A stretch of 32,000 nucleotides of DNA from an uncultured Clostridia bacterium (GCA_927417275.1 CAKMJV010000007.1:1-32000), one strand, 5' to 3'; counted from the stretch's first letter, positions 1 to 8,497 are shown. Notes: generated by a model not told the origin, from the letters alone. Made by a program: numbers and translations.

Positions 1-166
1 CATTATTACCTTCCTTTCTTTGCGTATAAGATATCAACAGGTTCACACCCTATTTATACCCAAAATGGAGGGTAATAAGCTATTTTCTATAGATGAAATC
101 AAGTAAAATCAAAGGTTGCAGAGTTCTGCAACGAACTAATAAGAATAAGATAAAGGAGGGGATTAT

Positions 167-490
167 ATGAAATTAATCATTGCAATCGTACACGATGAAG
201 ACGCGCATGCGCTTGTTAAAAAACTTACTGCTTCAGATTTTGGTGTAACGAAACTTGCATCAACAGGCGGTTTCTTAAAATCTGGAAATACGACACTGAT
301 TATAGGAATCCCTAAAGAACGCGTTGATCATGCGATCAAAATAATAGAAGATACGTGTAAGACACGCAAGGAAATTACGACGACGACGTCTTTAATGGGC
401 GATAACAGTGTTATGGGAATGCCTTTAGAAATATCCGTGGGCGGCGCAACTATTTTTGTAGTTGATGTTGAAAATTACTTGAAATTATAG
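167..490 (+). CDS. darA: PII-like cyclic-di-AMP receptor protein DarA (YaaQ family)
   Basis: The 107-aa product is colinear with B. subtilis YaaQ/DarA, with MKLI.A.V.D at the N-terminus, VTKLASTGGFLKSGNTT in the core and GGAT.FV near the C-terminus. A strong RBS (aaaggagggg) lies upstream. It sits directly upstream of holB, as in B. subtilis. Confidence 0.85.
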   Translation: MKLIIAIVHDEDAHALVKKLTASDFGVTKLASTGGFLKSGNTTLIIGIPKERVDHAIKIIEDTCKTRKEITTTTSLMGDNSVMGMPLEISVGGATIFVVDVENYLKL

Positions 491-499
491 GGGATATTC

Positions 500-1345
500 A
501 TGTTAAAGGTGGTAAACTTTTTCACAGAGGCATTAAAGCAAAACCATTTATCACATAGTTACCTTTTGTCAGGAACAGAAGATTTAAATTTAGCAAAAGA
601 AATCGCTAAACATATACTATGCAAACAGGAACACACAGCTTGTGGTTCCTGTTCGTCATGTCTAAAACTCGCATCCGATAATCACCCTGATTTCTTAGTT
701 ATTGAACCAGATGGGGCATCTATAAAAAACGCCCAGGTGGAACAATTTCAAGAGTATGTGTTTATTAGACCGTTTGAAAGCCAGCATAAAATTATCCTGT
801 TTAATAAAGTCCATTTAATGACTGAACGTGCCCAAAATAGGATGTTAAAAGTACTTGAAGAACCGCCAGAATATGCGGTATTCTTTTTTTTAACTGAGCA
901 AGCGGACATGCTTTTGGAAACGGTAATATCCAGATGTCAAATTTTAAATGTACATGCAAGCGATAAGCCTAAGTTAAATGAGCAATTAACAGAAAAAGCA
1001 CTGGATTGGGTCATGGGAATAGAAAAAAACGACATGGCTCGAATCTTAGAAATAGGTGCATATGCAAAACAAGATAAAATTCGATTTAATGCATTGCTCT
1101 TTTGCCTGTCTGATATACTTAGAGATGTAATGATTTTTAGAGAAACTAAGAATTATCAATTGATTAGTGAAGAGAATTTAACTATACTGAATTATAAGGA
1201 TTATTTGCCGAGATTTGTGGCAAGTATATCTAGAAAAAAAAACATTCAAATAATTTCTTGTATTGAAGAAATCGATCAAAAGATTAAAAATAATATGAAT
1301 TTTGACTTAACAGTGGATAAACTGTTGTTTAAATGTATAGATTAG
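500..1345 (+). CDS. holB: DNA polymerase III subunit delta prime
   Basis: HSYLLSG replaces a true Walker A. It has the zinc module CKQEHTACGSCSSCLKL, plus NHPDFLVIEP and LKVLEEPP motifs. Its position between darA and ricT is conserved. Confidence 0.85.
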   Translation: MLKVVNFFTEALKQNHLSHSYLLSGTEDLNLAKEIAKHILCKQEHTACGSCSSCLKLASDNHPDFLVIEPDGASIKNAQVEQFQEYVFIRPFESQHKIILFNKVHLMTERAQNRMLKVLEEPPEYAVFFFLTEQADMLLETVISRCQILNVHASDKPKLNEQLTEKALDWVMGIEKNDMARILEIGAYAKQDKIRFNALLFCLSDILRDVMIFRETKNYQLISEENLTILNYKDYLPRFVASISRKKNIQIISCIEEIDQKIKNNMNFDLTVDKLLFKCID

Positions 1346-1355
1346 GGAGGCATAG

Positions 1356-2264
1356 ATGATCACTGTTGTCGGTGTGCGATTTAAAAAAGCAGGTAAGATT
1401 TATTATTTTGATCCGTTAGATGTACCTGTCGAGAAGGACAATCATGTGATTGTTGAAACGGCGAGAGGCATCGAGTATGGCGCATGTGTCATAGGCAAAA
1501 GAGAGATACCGGAGGATCAAATCGTAAGCCCTTTAAAGCCTGTTTTAAGAGTTTCCACGGAAGAAGATGATGCAAATCATCTTAATAATAAAGTAAAGGC
1601 AAAAGAAGCCATCGCGTTATGTAATGAAAAAATTAAAGGCCATGATCTAGACATGAAGTTGATTGATGTGGAGTATACGTTTGATAACAATAAAGTGATA
1701 TTTTACTTTACTGCTGATGGACGTATAGACTTTAGAGAGTTGGTTAAAGATTTAGCAGCTATTTTTAGAACGCGTATAGAACTGCGCCAAATTGGTGTTA
1801 GAGATGAGTCCAAAATGATTAAAGGTCTTGGACCGTGTGGCAGAGAAGTTTGCTGTGGGACATGGCTTGGAGAATTTGCACCTGTTTCGATCAAAATGGC
1901 CAAAGATCAGAATCTATCTCTTAATCCTGTTAAAATATCGGGATTATGTGGACGTTTAATGTGTTGTTTGAAATATGAATACGATACCTATGTTCAAATT
2001 AGAGTCGGGATGCCTAACCGTGGGGATAAAGTTAAAACACCTGAGGGAACCGCATTGGTCGTTGATACAAACATTCTTCTTGAACAAGTTAAAGTACGTC
2101 ATTTTGTAAAAGATAAGCAAAACGAGTTGAGCGAAGATATTATTGCCTATAAAAAAGATCAGATTAAGATCATAGAGGTTGGTAGAAATAGTGCACCAGC
2201 ACCATCTCCGATTGTTGATGCAGGTCCGATTGACTACAGAGAGTTAAAAAAATTAGAAGACTAG
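1356..2264 (+). CDS. ricT: PSP1-domain protein RicT (YaaT), regulatory iron-sulfur complex subunit
   Basis: The N-terminus VVGVRFKKAGKIYYFD and the Cys-rich core GPCGREVCCGTWL...GLCGRLMCCLKYE are typical of YaaT/PSP1. The RBS is gggagg. Synteny matches holB-yaaT. Confidence 0.85.
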   Translation: MITVVGVRFKKAGKIYYFDPLDVPVEKDNHVIVETARGIEYGACVIGKREIPEDQIVSPLKPVLRVSTEEDDANHLNNKVKAKEAIALCNEKIKGHDLDMKLIDVEYTFDNNKVIFYFTADGRIDFRELVKDLAAIFRTRIELRQIGVRDESKMIKGLGPCGREVCCGTWLGEFAPVSIKMAKDQNLSLNPVKISGLCGRLMCCLKYEYDTYVQIRVGMPNRGDKVKTPEGTALVVDTNILLEQVKVRHFVKDKQNELSEDIIAYKKDQIKIIEVGRNSAPAPSPIVDAGPIDYRELKKLED

Positions 2265-2319
2265 TGCTAAGACGTTTTGGAATTTGACATTTCAAGACGT
2301 CTTCTTTTAAGGGGATAAC

Positions 2320-3117
2320 ATGAATATGAGTATGGAATTACGACCAGGTGAACGCATAGATGATTTACAAGTAAATGGTCTTAAAATCATTCAGGATCCA
2401 GCAGGTTTTTGTTTTGGTATAGATGCGGTTTTATTGAGTCATTTTATACGTGTTAAAAGTGGAGAGCGATTGGTTGAATTTGGAACGGGCACAGGCGTTA
2501 TACCGATTCTACTCTCTGCTAGAACGGCTTTTGAAAAAATTCACGCATTTGAAGTGCAACCAGAAGTAGCAAATATGGCCAAGCGAAGTATCCGAATGAA
2601 TGATTTAGAGGAGAAAATCGAAGTCATAGAAGATAATTTAACAGAAGTGTTTAACCATTTAAAGGCGGGCACGATAGATGTTGTGTTTTCAAATCCGCCA
2701 TATATGTCGGGAAAAGGTGGCATAAAAAACGAGGACGTAAAGCGGCGTATTTCTCGACATGAACTGCTTTGTACTTTAGAGGACATTATCGAAAAAGCAA
2801 GTAAACTCCTTAAGTTTAGGGGACGATTTTATATGATTCATAGACCAAATCGCATGGTTGATATTTTGACACTCTGTAGAAAATACAAATTAGAGCCCAA
2901 AGAGATCCGCATGATTCAGCCTTATAACGATAAACGGCCAAATATTTTTTTGATGATGTGTTCAAAAGGGGGGCAGCCGGATCTGAAATTTCTTGATCCT
3001 TTGATTGTCTACGAAAAAAATGGACAATATACAAAAGAGATTTACGATATTTATGATTCAGCACAGATAACGGTGTTTGATAAAACGGTTGATAAAACGG
3101 ACAAGGATGTGATTTAA
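2320..3117 (+). CDS. tRNA (adenine-N6)-methyltransferase-like protein (YabB / TrmN6 family)
   Basis: It has a SAM-binding loop (EFGTGTGVIP) and the N6-adenine MTase motif IV (FSNPPYM). It occupies the position of B. subtilis yabB, upstream of rsmI. Confidence 0.8.
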   Translation: MNMSMELRPGERIDDLQVNGLKIIQDPAGFCFGIDAVLLSHFIRVKSGERLVEFGTGTGVIPILLSARTAFEKIHAFEVQPEVANMAKRSIRMNDLEEKIEVIEDNLTEVFNHLKAGTIDVVFSNPPYMSGKGGIKNEDVKRRISRHELLCTLEDIIEKASKLLKFRGRFYMIHRPNRMVDILTLCRKYKLEPKEIRMIQPYNDKRPNIFLMMCSKGGQPDLKFLDPLIVYEKNGQYTKEIYDIYDSAQITVFDKTVDKTDKDVI

Positions 3118-3959
3118 TGCGTGGAAAGTTATATGTGTGTGGTACGCCAATTGGTAATTTAGAAGACATTACTTACCGTGTACTATCAACGTTAAAGGTT
3201 TGTGATGTCATTTATGCAGAAGATACGAGACATAGTATAAAGCTGCTTAATCATTTTGATATTAAAAAACCACTTCATAGTTACCATGAACATAATCTTG
3301 TAACTGCTGGTTTAGAAATAATAGAAAAAATAAAGAGTGGTCAACAGGTGGGCTTGATATCAGATGCAGGGATGCCTGGTATTTCAGATCCTGGTGAAAA
3401 CATCATTAAGTTGTGTATTGAAAATGAACTCGATTTTGAAGTGATTCCTGGGGTAACGGCTTTTACAACTGCATTGGTAGGATCGGGACTTGATACTTCG
3501 CGGTTTGTGTTTGAAGGATTTTTGAGTCGAGACAAACGCCAGAAAAAGAAAATGCTTGAACGTTTAAAAAAAGAGACGCGCACTCTGTTGTTTTATGAAT
3601 CCCCCCATCGCCTTAAAGACACATTGAAACATTTGCTTGAAATTTTTGGCGATCGAAAAATGGTGGTGGCAAGGGAGTTAACGAAGAAGTTTGAGACGTA
3701 TCAACGCGGGTCTGTATCGGAACTCATACGATTTTATGCAGAAACAGAAGTAAAGGGTGAAATCGTACTCGTTATAGAAGGGTATGAGGAAACAGATGCC
3801 GACCGCATCACATACGATCCAGAAGAGAGCGTGATCGAACATGTACGACGTTATATGGAAGAAGGCAACCCAAGAAAAGAGGCTTTAAAACGTGTAGCGG
3901 TGGAACGCAATATGAAAAAATCAGAGGTCTACGCGCTGCTTATAGACGAAGAGTTATAA
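3117..3959 (+). CDS. rsmI: 16S rRNA (cytidine1402-2'-O)-methyltransferase
   Basis: Motifs seen are LYVCGTPIGNLEDIT, AEDTRHS, ISDAGMPGISDPG and FYESPHRL. Its ATG overlaps the upstream TAA by 1 nt (taATG). Confidence 0.9.
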   Translation: MRGKLYVCGTPIGNLEDITYRVLSTLKVCDVIYAEDTRHSIKLLNHFDIKKPLHSYHEHNLVTAGLEIIEKIKSGQQVGLISDAGMPGISDPGENIIKLCIENELDFEVIPGVTAFTTALVGSGLDTSRFVFEGFLSRDKRQKKKMLERLKKETRTLLFYESPHRLKDTLKHLLEIFGDRKMVVARELTKKFETYQRGSVSELIRFYAETEVKGEIVLVIEGYEETDADRITYDPEESVIEHVRRYMEEGNPRKEALKRVAVERNMKKSEVYALLIDEEL

Positions 3960-3965
3960 TTTAAT

Positions 3966-4004
3966 AAAAAACACCTTCAAATTAACCTTTGAAGGTGTTT
4001 TTTT
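3966..4004. terminator. Bidirectional intrinsic terminator between convergent rsmI and abrB
   Basis: The layout is A5, stem acaccttcaa (3971-3980), an 8-nt loop, stem ttgaaggtgt (3989-3998), then T7. The stem is a perfect 10 bp, with an A-tract on one side and a T-tract on the other. Confidence 0.85.
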
Positions 4005-4013
4005 GAGCACTTA

Positions 4014-4256
4014 TTATAATACTTTGATTTCATCAACACATGCTGGGCAAATGTTTTTTCCTTTTACATTTTTTACGCCTTTTGCTTGACCGCAAAAAAT
4101 ACAAGCAGGTTCGTATTTCTTCAAAATAATGGTTTCACCTTCTGTGAAAATTTCAAGAGCATCTTTTTCGCCGATTGTTAAAGTTCTTCTTAACTCGATA
4201 GGAATAACCACTCTTCCAAGTTCGTCAACCTTTCGTACGATACCAGTTGATTTCAT
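4014..4256 (-). CDS. abrB: Transition-state regulator AbrB (SpoVT/AbrB swapped-hairpin domain) with a C-terminal CxxC...CxxC tail
   Basis: The N-terminus MKSTGIVRKVDELGRVVIPIELRRTL is identical to B. subtilis AbrB. The C-terminus is CIFCG-x15-CPAC. The RBS is taggaggt. Confidence 0.9.
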   Translation of the reverse strand: MKSTGIVRKVDELGRVVIPIELRRTLTIGEKDALEIFTEGETIILKKYEPACIFCGQAKGVKNVKGKNICPACVDEIKVL

Positions 4257-4299
4257 TTTTAATACCTCCTAAGACAAATAATTACATTTCCATACGTTC

Positions 4300-4328
4300 A
4301 TAATATTATAAATATTTCCAAATGTCAA
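4300..4328 (-). promoter_or_regulatory. Putative sigma-A promoter of abrB
   Basis: On the minus strand there is TTGACA (plus coordinates 4323-4328), a 17-nt spacer, then TATTAT (4300-4305). It is bracketed by the inverted repeat catacgtt (4291-4298) / aacgtatg (4327-4334). Confidence 0.5.
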
Positions 4329-4334
4329 CGTATG

Positions 4335-4805
4335 TCATAGAGTATCTTTTGTTTCAGAAGATTCATCATCCATTTCTTTTTTAACTTCAGCAACTGTAAC
4401 TTTAAAATCCTTTATTTTAGATCCAAAATATTTATCATACAACGCCTTACCTATAGAGAAAGTGTGCATAAATGAACTGAGACCGTCCACAAATCCTTGA
4501 TTTTCTTTAACCGTTTCAGTTATGGATTCTGTTGTGCCTGCAATGTTATCAATGGTGGTTCTAAACGCTTGAACATCATGTGCCACTTCACCCGTGATAA
4601 CTTCTATGTGTTTACTTAATTCTGGCACAATGTCCAATGTTGCGTCAATATTTTGTCTGTTGCCATCCACTACTTGGTTGACTTGTTTTACGATGAGCAA
4701 TACCCTTCTTACGACTAAAATTAAATAGACAAATAAGGTGACTAAACTGCCCCACAAGATAAAAAGCAGTAAATCTTTGACGGTTATGACCAATTGATTT
4801 TCCAT
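4335..4805 (-). CDS. Membrane-anchored helical protein, DUF948-like (function unknown)
   Basis: The 156-aa product has one N-terminal TM helix (LLLFILWGSLVTLFVYLILVV), then a long helical region (VKQVNQVVDGNRQNIDATLDIV...) and an acidic tail. The RBS is aaaggaggc. The family assignment is from pattern memory only. Confidence 0.55.
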   Translation of the reverse strand: MENQLVITVKDLLLFILWGSLVTLFVYLILVVRRVLLIVKQVNQVVDGNRQNIDATLDIVPELSKHIEVITGEVAHDVQAFRTTIDNIAGTTESITETVKENQGFVDGLSSFMHTFSIGKALYDKYFGSKIKDFKVTVAEVKKEMDDESSETKDTL

Positions 4806-4825
4806 AATGCCTCCTTTTAAAACAA

Positions 4826-5215
4826 TTATTTTACATTAAATGCCTGGTTGTTGATGCGGATTTTATTTGCGTCAATGAATAGTGAGGAGTCGTTTACATT
4901 AACTGCAAAATTAGGAATCGAAACAAACACCTCATCTTCACGGTCGGGACTTACAGTGGAAAATTCACCAAAGCCAAAATTGTCATACGATATGACGTTC
5001 AGATGCTCTTTGGAAAACGTAAAGTCGCTAGATAAGTCATTATCAATATAATAAAAGGCCTTAACATCTTCAAATATGATTTCAGCAGATTCTGAAAGGG
5101 GGTTGCTTTTAATAGCGACCGAGATTTTATCTAAATCCATATCAAAATTGATAGAGTCTATCGTACCTTTTGCGTAGTTGGTTAACAGGGGATGAAAATT
5201 AAGATCCATATACAC
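4826..5215 (-). CDS. Hypothetical protein (129 aa, acidic, no recognisable domain)
   Basis: The frame is open, the RBS is agaaagaggtg, and only 20 nt separate it from the downstream DUF948-like gene, so the two are probably co-transcribed. I recognise no motif. Confidence 0.55.
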   Translation of the reverse strand: MYMDLNFHPLLTNYAKGTIDSINFDMDLDKISVAIKSNPLSESAEIIFEDVKAFYYIDNDLSSDFTFSKEHLNVISYDNFGFGEFSTVSPDREDEVFVSIPNFAVNVNDSSLFIDANKIRINNQAFNVK

Positions 5216-5349
5216 CTCTTTCTAATAAGTCATGTACTTATCATAATAAAATATTGTACTGTTTTAAATAATTCTTTGAAACTAGTCTATTAATATCATA
5301 TTCTATTATAAGGTGCAACCATTATTTGAGATATTACAATTTTTTTAAG

Positions 5350-5378
5350 TTGCACTTTTAAGTATCCTATGTTAAAAT
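5350..5378 (+). promoter_or_regulatory. Putative sigma-A promoter of the metG T-box leader
   Basis: TTGCAC (5350-5355), a 17-nt spacer, then an extended -10 TGTTAAAAT (5370-5378). Confidence 0.6.
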
Positions 5379-5399
5379 TTCCATAATCCATATATAAAA

Positions 5400-5646
5400 G
5401 TATTGATAGGAAGAGTAATTTATGAATAACGTATAGAGAGTCGATGGTTGGTGGAAATCGATGGTTTGAAGTAGATGAACATGGCCCTTGAACTGATCAT
5501 TTGAAAAACAGTAGAGTGATTCGGATTTGTACACGTTATCGTACAGTTGATTGTAGGATCAACATGAGGAAAACATAGCGATGTGTTTTTAAATTAGGGT
5601 GGTAACACGACTATGACTTCGTCCCTTGTAGGGTCGGAGTTTTTAT
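5400..5646 (+). promoter_or_regulatory. T-box riboswitch leader, probable Met (AUG) specifier
   Basis: The elements seen are:
- AGAGUA (5412-5417)
- an AGAGAG bulge motif (5435-5440)
- a distal-loop-like GGUUGGUGGAAA
- gaacAUGg (AUG at 5481-5483 followed by a purine) as the likely specifier
- the conserved T-box sequence aaattagggtggtaacacg (5591-5609)
- a terminator acttcgtccc / gggtcggagt (5616-5640) followed by TTTT

It lies immediately upstream of metG. Confidence 0.85.
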
Positions 5647-5671
5647 ATTTTTTGATGAGGAGGCAAATAAG

Positions 5672-7609
5672 ATGTCTAAAGGAACGTATTATGTGACAAC
5701 ACCCATTTATTATCCAAGTTCGAAACTGCACATCGGTCATACCTATACCACCGTTGCGGCTGATGCTATCGCAAGATATAAGCGTGTTACGGGCTACGAT
5801 GTCATGTTTTTGACGGGAACAGATGAGCATGGTCAAAAAATTCAAAATGTTGCGAAGGAACAGGGCTTACATCCAAAAGTGTTTTTAGATGGCGTGGTAG
5901 CGGACATTAAGAAGTTGTGGGAAACCATGGAAATATCATATGATGACTTTATTCGTACCACAGATGAGGATCATAAACGTCGGGTACAGATGATATTTAA
6001 GACGCTCTATGAAAAAGGGGATATCTATAAAGGTGCGTATGAAGGTTTGTACTGTACGCCTTGTGAGTCATTTTGGACGGATTCACAACTGAAAGATGGG
6101 AATTGCCCGGATTGCGGACGACCTGTTCAAGTGACCAAAGAAGAAGCGTATTTCTTTAAATTATCTAAGTATCAAGATCAATTGTTAGAATTGCTTGAAA
6201 ACAATCCAGATATATTAGAACCAAAATCACGCGTTAATGAGATGATTAATAATTTTATCAAGCCAGGATTAGATGACCTATGTGTTTCCCGTTCAACGTT
6301 TGATTGGGGGATACCTGTACCGATCGAGGAAGGTCATGTCATCTATGTTTGGTTAGATGCGCTAAGTAATTATATCACGGCGCTTGGTTATCCAGAAGTG
6401 AAAGACGGTAAGTTTGCGAATTACTGGCCTGCAGATGTACACCTCGTAGGTAAAGAAATCGTAAGATTCCACACGATTATTTGGTTTGCTATTTTAATGG
6501 CGCTTGATATTCCAGTACCTAAAAAGGTTTTCGGTCATGGCTGGATTCTTTTAGAGGGTGGAAAAATGTCCAAATCTGTGGGCAACATCGTCGATCCAGT
6601 GGTGCTTATCGAGCGCTATGGCGTCGATGCTTTAAAATATTTCTTGTTAAGAGAGTACACTTTCGGACAAGATGGGTTGTTTACAAATGAAGTGCTTTTA
6701 AATCGCATCAATGCAGATTTGGCAAATGACTTGGGTAATCTCGTTTCTAGAACGGTTTCCATGGTGGAAAAATACCGTGATGCCGTGGTACCTGCCAGTG
6801 GTGAAGCAACTGCTTTTGATGAAGATTTAATCCGCGTGGCAACGTCTGCAAGTGAACTGGTGGACAAGCGACTTGATAATCTCGATTTTTCAGGGGCGCT
6901 TGAGGAAATTTGGAAAGTGATTCGACGTACAAATAAATACATCGATGAAACCATGCCTTGGGTACTTGCCAAAGATGTGGCGGATGCGTCTAAACTGGAT
7001 ACGGTTTTATACCATTTGGTGGAAGGCATTCGAATCATTTCAGTTTTAATCCAGCCGTTCTTGTTCCATACCTCTCGAAAGATTTGGCAGCAGATTAAGA
7101 TAGAAGAAGGGGCGTTAACCGCATGGGATACTTCCTTTACATTTGGCGTTTATCCTGTGGGCACAAAAGTTGAGAAGGGTGAAGCGCTTTTCCCAAGAAT
7201 CGATATAAAAGCTGAATTAGAGGCACTAGAAGCATTGTCACAAGCGGGTAAAGCGCCAGCTGAGGCAGTTAAAGAAGTTATTCCTTATAAACCGGAAATT
7301 ACGATTGATGATTTTGCTAAAGTGGACCTTAGAACCGCAAAAGTAATCGCAGCTGGGGCACATCCAAGTGCGGACAAGCTATTAATCTTAACGCTTCAAG
7401 TGGGTGATGAACAAAGACAAGTGGTGTCTGGCATCGCAAAACATTATACACCAGAGCAATTGGTGGGATTAGACGTCATCTTGGTGGCAAATCTCAAGCC
7501 AGTTAAACTACGGGGCGAATTATCGCAAGGGATGATTTTAGCTGCGACCAGTGGCGAGGTATTAACGCTCGTCACGGCGGATATCGCGTCTGGCAGCGTG
7601 GTTTCATAA
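5672..7609 (+). CDS. metG: Methionine--tRNA ligase with a C-terminal Trbp111/EMAP-like tRNA-binding domain
   Basis: It has the HIGH motif (KLHIGHTY), the KMSKS motif (GGKMSKSVG) and zinc knuckles CTPCESF...CPDCGRP. The C-terminal region is DFAKVDLRTAKVI...GELSQGMILAA. The RBS is gaggagg. Confidence 0.95.
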   Translation: MSKGTYYVTTPIYYPSSKLHIGHTYTTVAADAIARYKRVTGYDVMFLTGTDEHGQKIQNVAKEQGLHPKVFLDGVVADIKKLWETMEISYDDFIRTTDEDHKRRVQMIFKTLYEKGDIYKGAYEGLYCTPCESFWTDSQLKDGNCPDCGRPVQVTKEEAYFFKLSKYQDQLLELLENNPDILEPKSRVNEMINNFIKPGLDDLCVSRSTFDWGIPVPIEEGHVIYVWLDALSNYITALGYPEVKDGKFANYWPADVHLVGKEIVRFHTIIWFAILMALDIPVPKKVFGHGWILLEGGKMSKSVGNIVDPVVLIERYGVDALKYFLLREYTFGQDGLFTNEVLLNRINADLANDLGNLVSRTVSMVEKYRDAVVPASGEATAFDEDLIRVATSASELVDKRLDNLDFSGALEEIWKVIRRTNKYIDETMPWVLAKDVADASKLDTVLYHLVEGIRIISVLIQPFLFHTSRKIWQQIKIEEGALTAWDTSFTFGVYPVGTKVEKGEALFPRIDIKAELEALEALSQAGKAPAEAVKEVIPYKPEITIDDFAKVDLRTAKVIAAGAHPSADKLLILTLQVGDEQRQVVSGIAKHYTPEQLVGLDVILVANLKPVKLRGELSQGMILAATSGEVLTLVTADIASGSVVS

Positions 7610-7626
7610 ATATGTAAAGTGAATAG

Positions 7627-7674
7627 AGATACCTCAAAGTGATGCTATTTACCACTTTCGAGGTATCTTTTTTA
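7627..7674 (+). terminator. Intrinsic terminator of metG
   Basis: Stem agatacctcaaagtg (7627-7641) pairs with cactttcgaggtatct (7653-7668) with one bulge, followed by T6. Confidence 0.8.
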
Positions 7675-7729
7675 GGTTAAATAGGGCATAATAGAAGCAT
7701 AAGATATTTTTATTATAGGGAGGAAAAAC

Positions 7730-8497
7730 ATGCTGTTTGACTCACATGCGCATATAGATGCTTCACAATTTGAACACGATAGAGATCTTGTTATTAAACG
7801 GGCTCAGTTAAATGGGCTTTCATTTATATTAAATCCAGGTGCAGATTTTAAGTCAAGTGTTGAGGCGGTTAAACTGGCTGAGCAATACGACTTTATTTAT
7901 GCGGCAGTGGGTGTCCATCCGCACGATGCAGAAACCATGACGGATCAGATGCTTATAGAACTTGAACGCATGGCTGGGCATGATAAGGTAAAGGCCATCG
8001 GCGAAATTGGACTGGATTACTATAGGGATTTATCGCCTAGAGCGCTCCAGCAAAAATGGTTTGTCGAACAAGTTAGACTGGCAAAACGCTTAAAATTACC
8101 GGTGATTATTCATGATCGCGATGCAAATGACGATGTGCTTAGACTTTTAAAAGAAGAGCATGCGTTTGATACAGGTGTTTTGATGCATTGTTATTCGGGT
8201 AGTAAAGAACTGGCGCTCCAATACGTAAAGCTCGGTGCGATGATTTCTATCGCTGGACCGCTAACTTACAAAAATGCGCGTAAGACGGTGGAAGTGGTTG
8301 AAGCGCTTTTGCCAAGTCAACTGATGATTGAAACCGATGCGCCATACTTGTCGCCTGAACCCAAGCGCGGCATGCGCAATGAACCGATGTTTGTGAAGCA
8401 TACCTGTGAACGCATGGCTCAAATTAAGGGGTTATCCTTTGAAGAAATGGCTAAAATAACGCTGGAAAACGCCAAGCAGTTTTTCAAGATAGATTGA
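7730..8497 (+). CDS. tatD: TatD-family metal-dependent hydrolase/DNase (YabD)
   Basis: Motifs seen are FDSHAHID, GEIGLDYY, IHDRDA and IETDAPYL. The RBS is gggagg. Its position matches B. subtilis yabD, after metS. Confidence 0.9.
   Translation: MLFDSHAHIDASQFEHDRDLVIKRAQLNGLSFILNPGADFKSSVEAVKLAEQYDFIYAAVGVHPHDAETMTDQMLIELERMAGHDKVKAIGEIGLDYYRDLSPRALQQKWFVEQVRLAKRLKLPVIIHDRDANDDVLRLLKEEHAFDTGVLMHCYSGSKELALQYVKLGAMISIAGPLTYKNARKTVEVVEALLPSQLMIETDAPYLSPEPKRGMRNEPMFVKHTCERMAQIKGLSFEEMAKITLENAKQFFKID

Noticed and set aside
1-166. A possible divergent minus-strand gene starting at positions 1-3 (cat preceded by ccttcc, which is an RBS on the minus strand), and a 13-codon ORF at 65-106.
   Set aside because: Only the start codon of the putative minus-strand gene lies inside the window, so it cannot be evaluated. 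The mini-ORF has no RBS.
2269-2303. A hairpin aagacgt / acgtctt with a 21-nt loop, after ricT, as a possible terminator.
   Set aside because: The stem is only 7 bp, the loop is large and the U-tract is weak. It may attenuate transcription slightly, but I would not annotate it as a terminator.
4257-4334. Spo0A 0A boxes at the abrB promoter.
   Set aside because: The closest strings (tgtcaac, tgaacgt) miss the TGTCGAA core at two or more positions, so there is not enough to call them.
5594-5845. An 83-aa minus-strand ORF spanning the T-box terminator and the metG start.
   Set aside because: It overlaps a well-supported T-box leader and the 5' end of metG, has no RBS and shows no protein-like motif.
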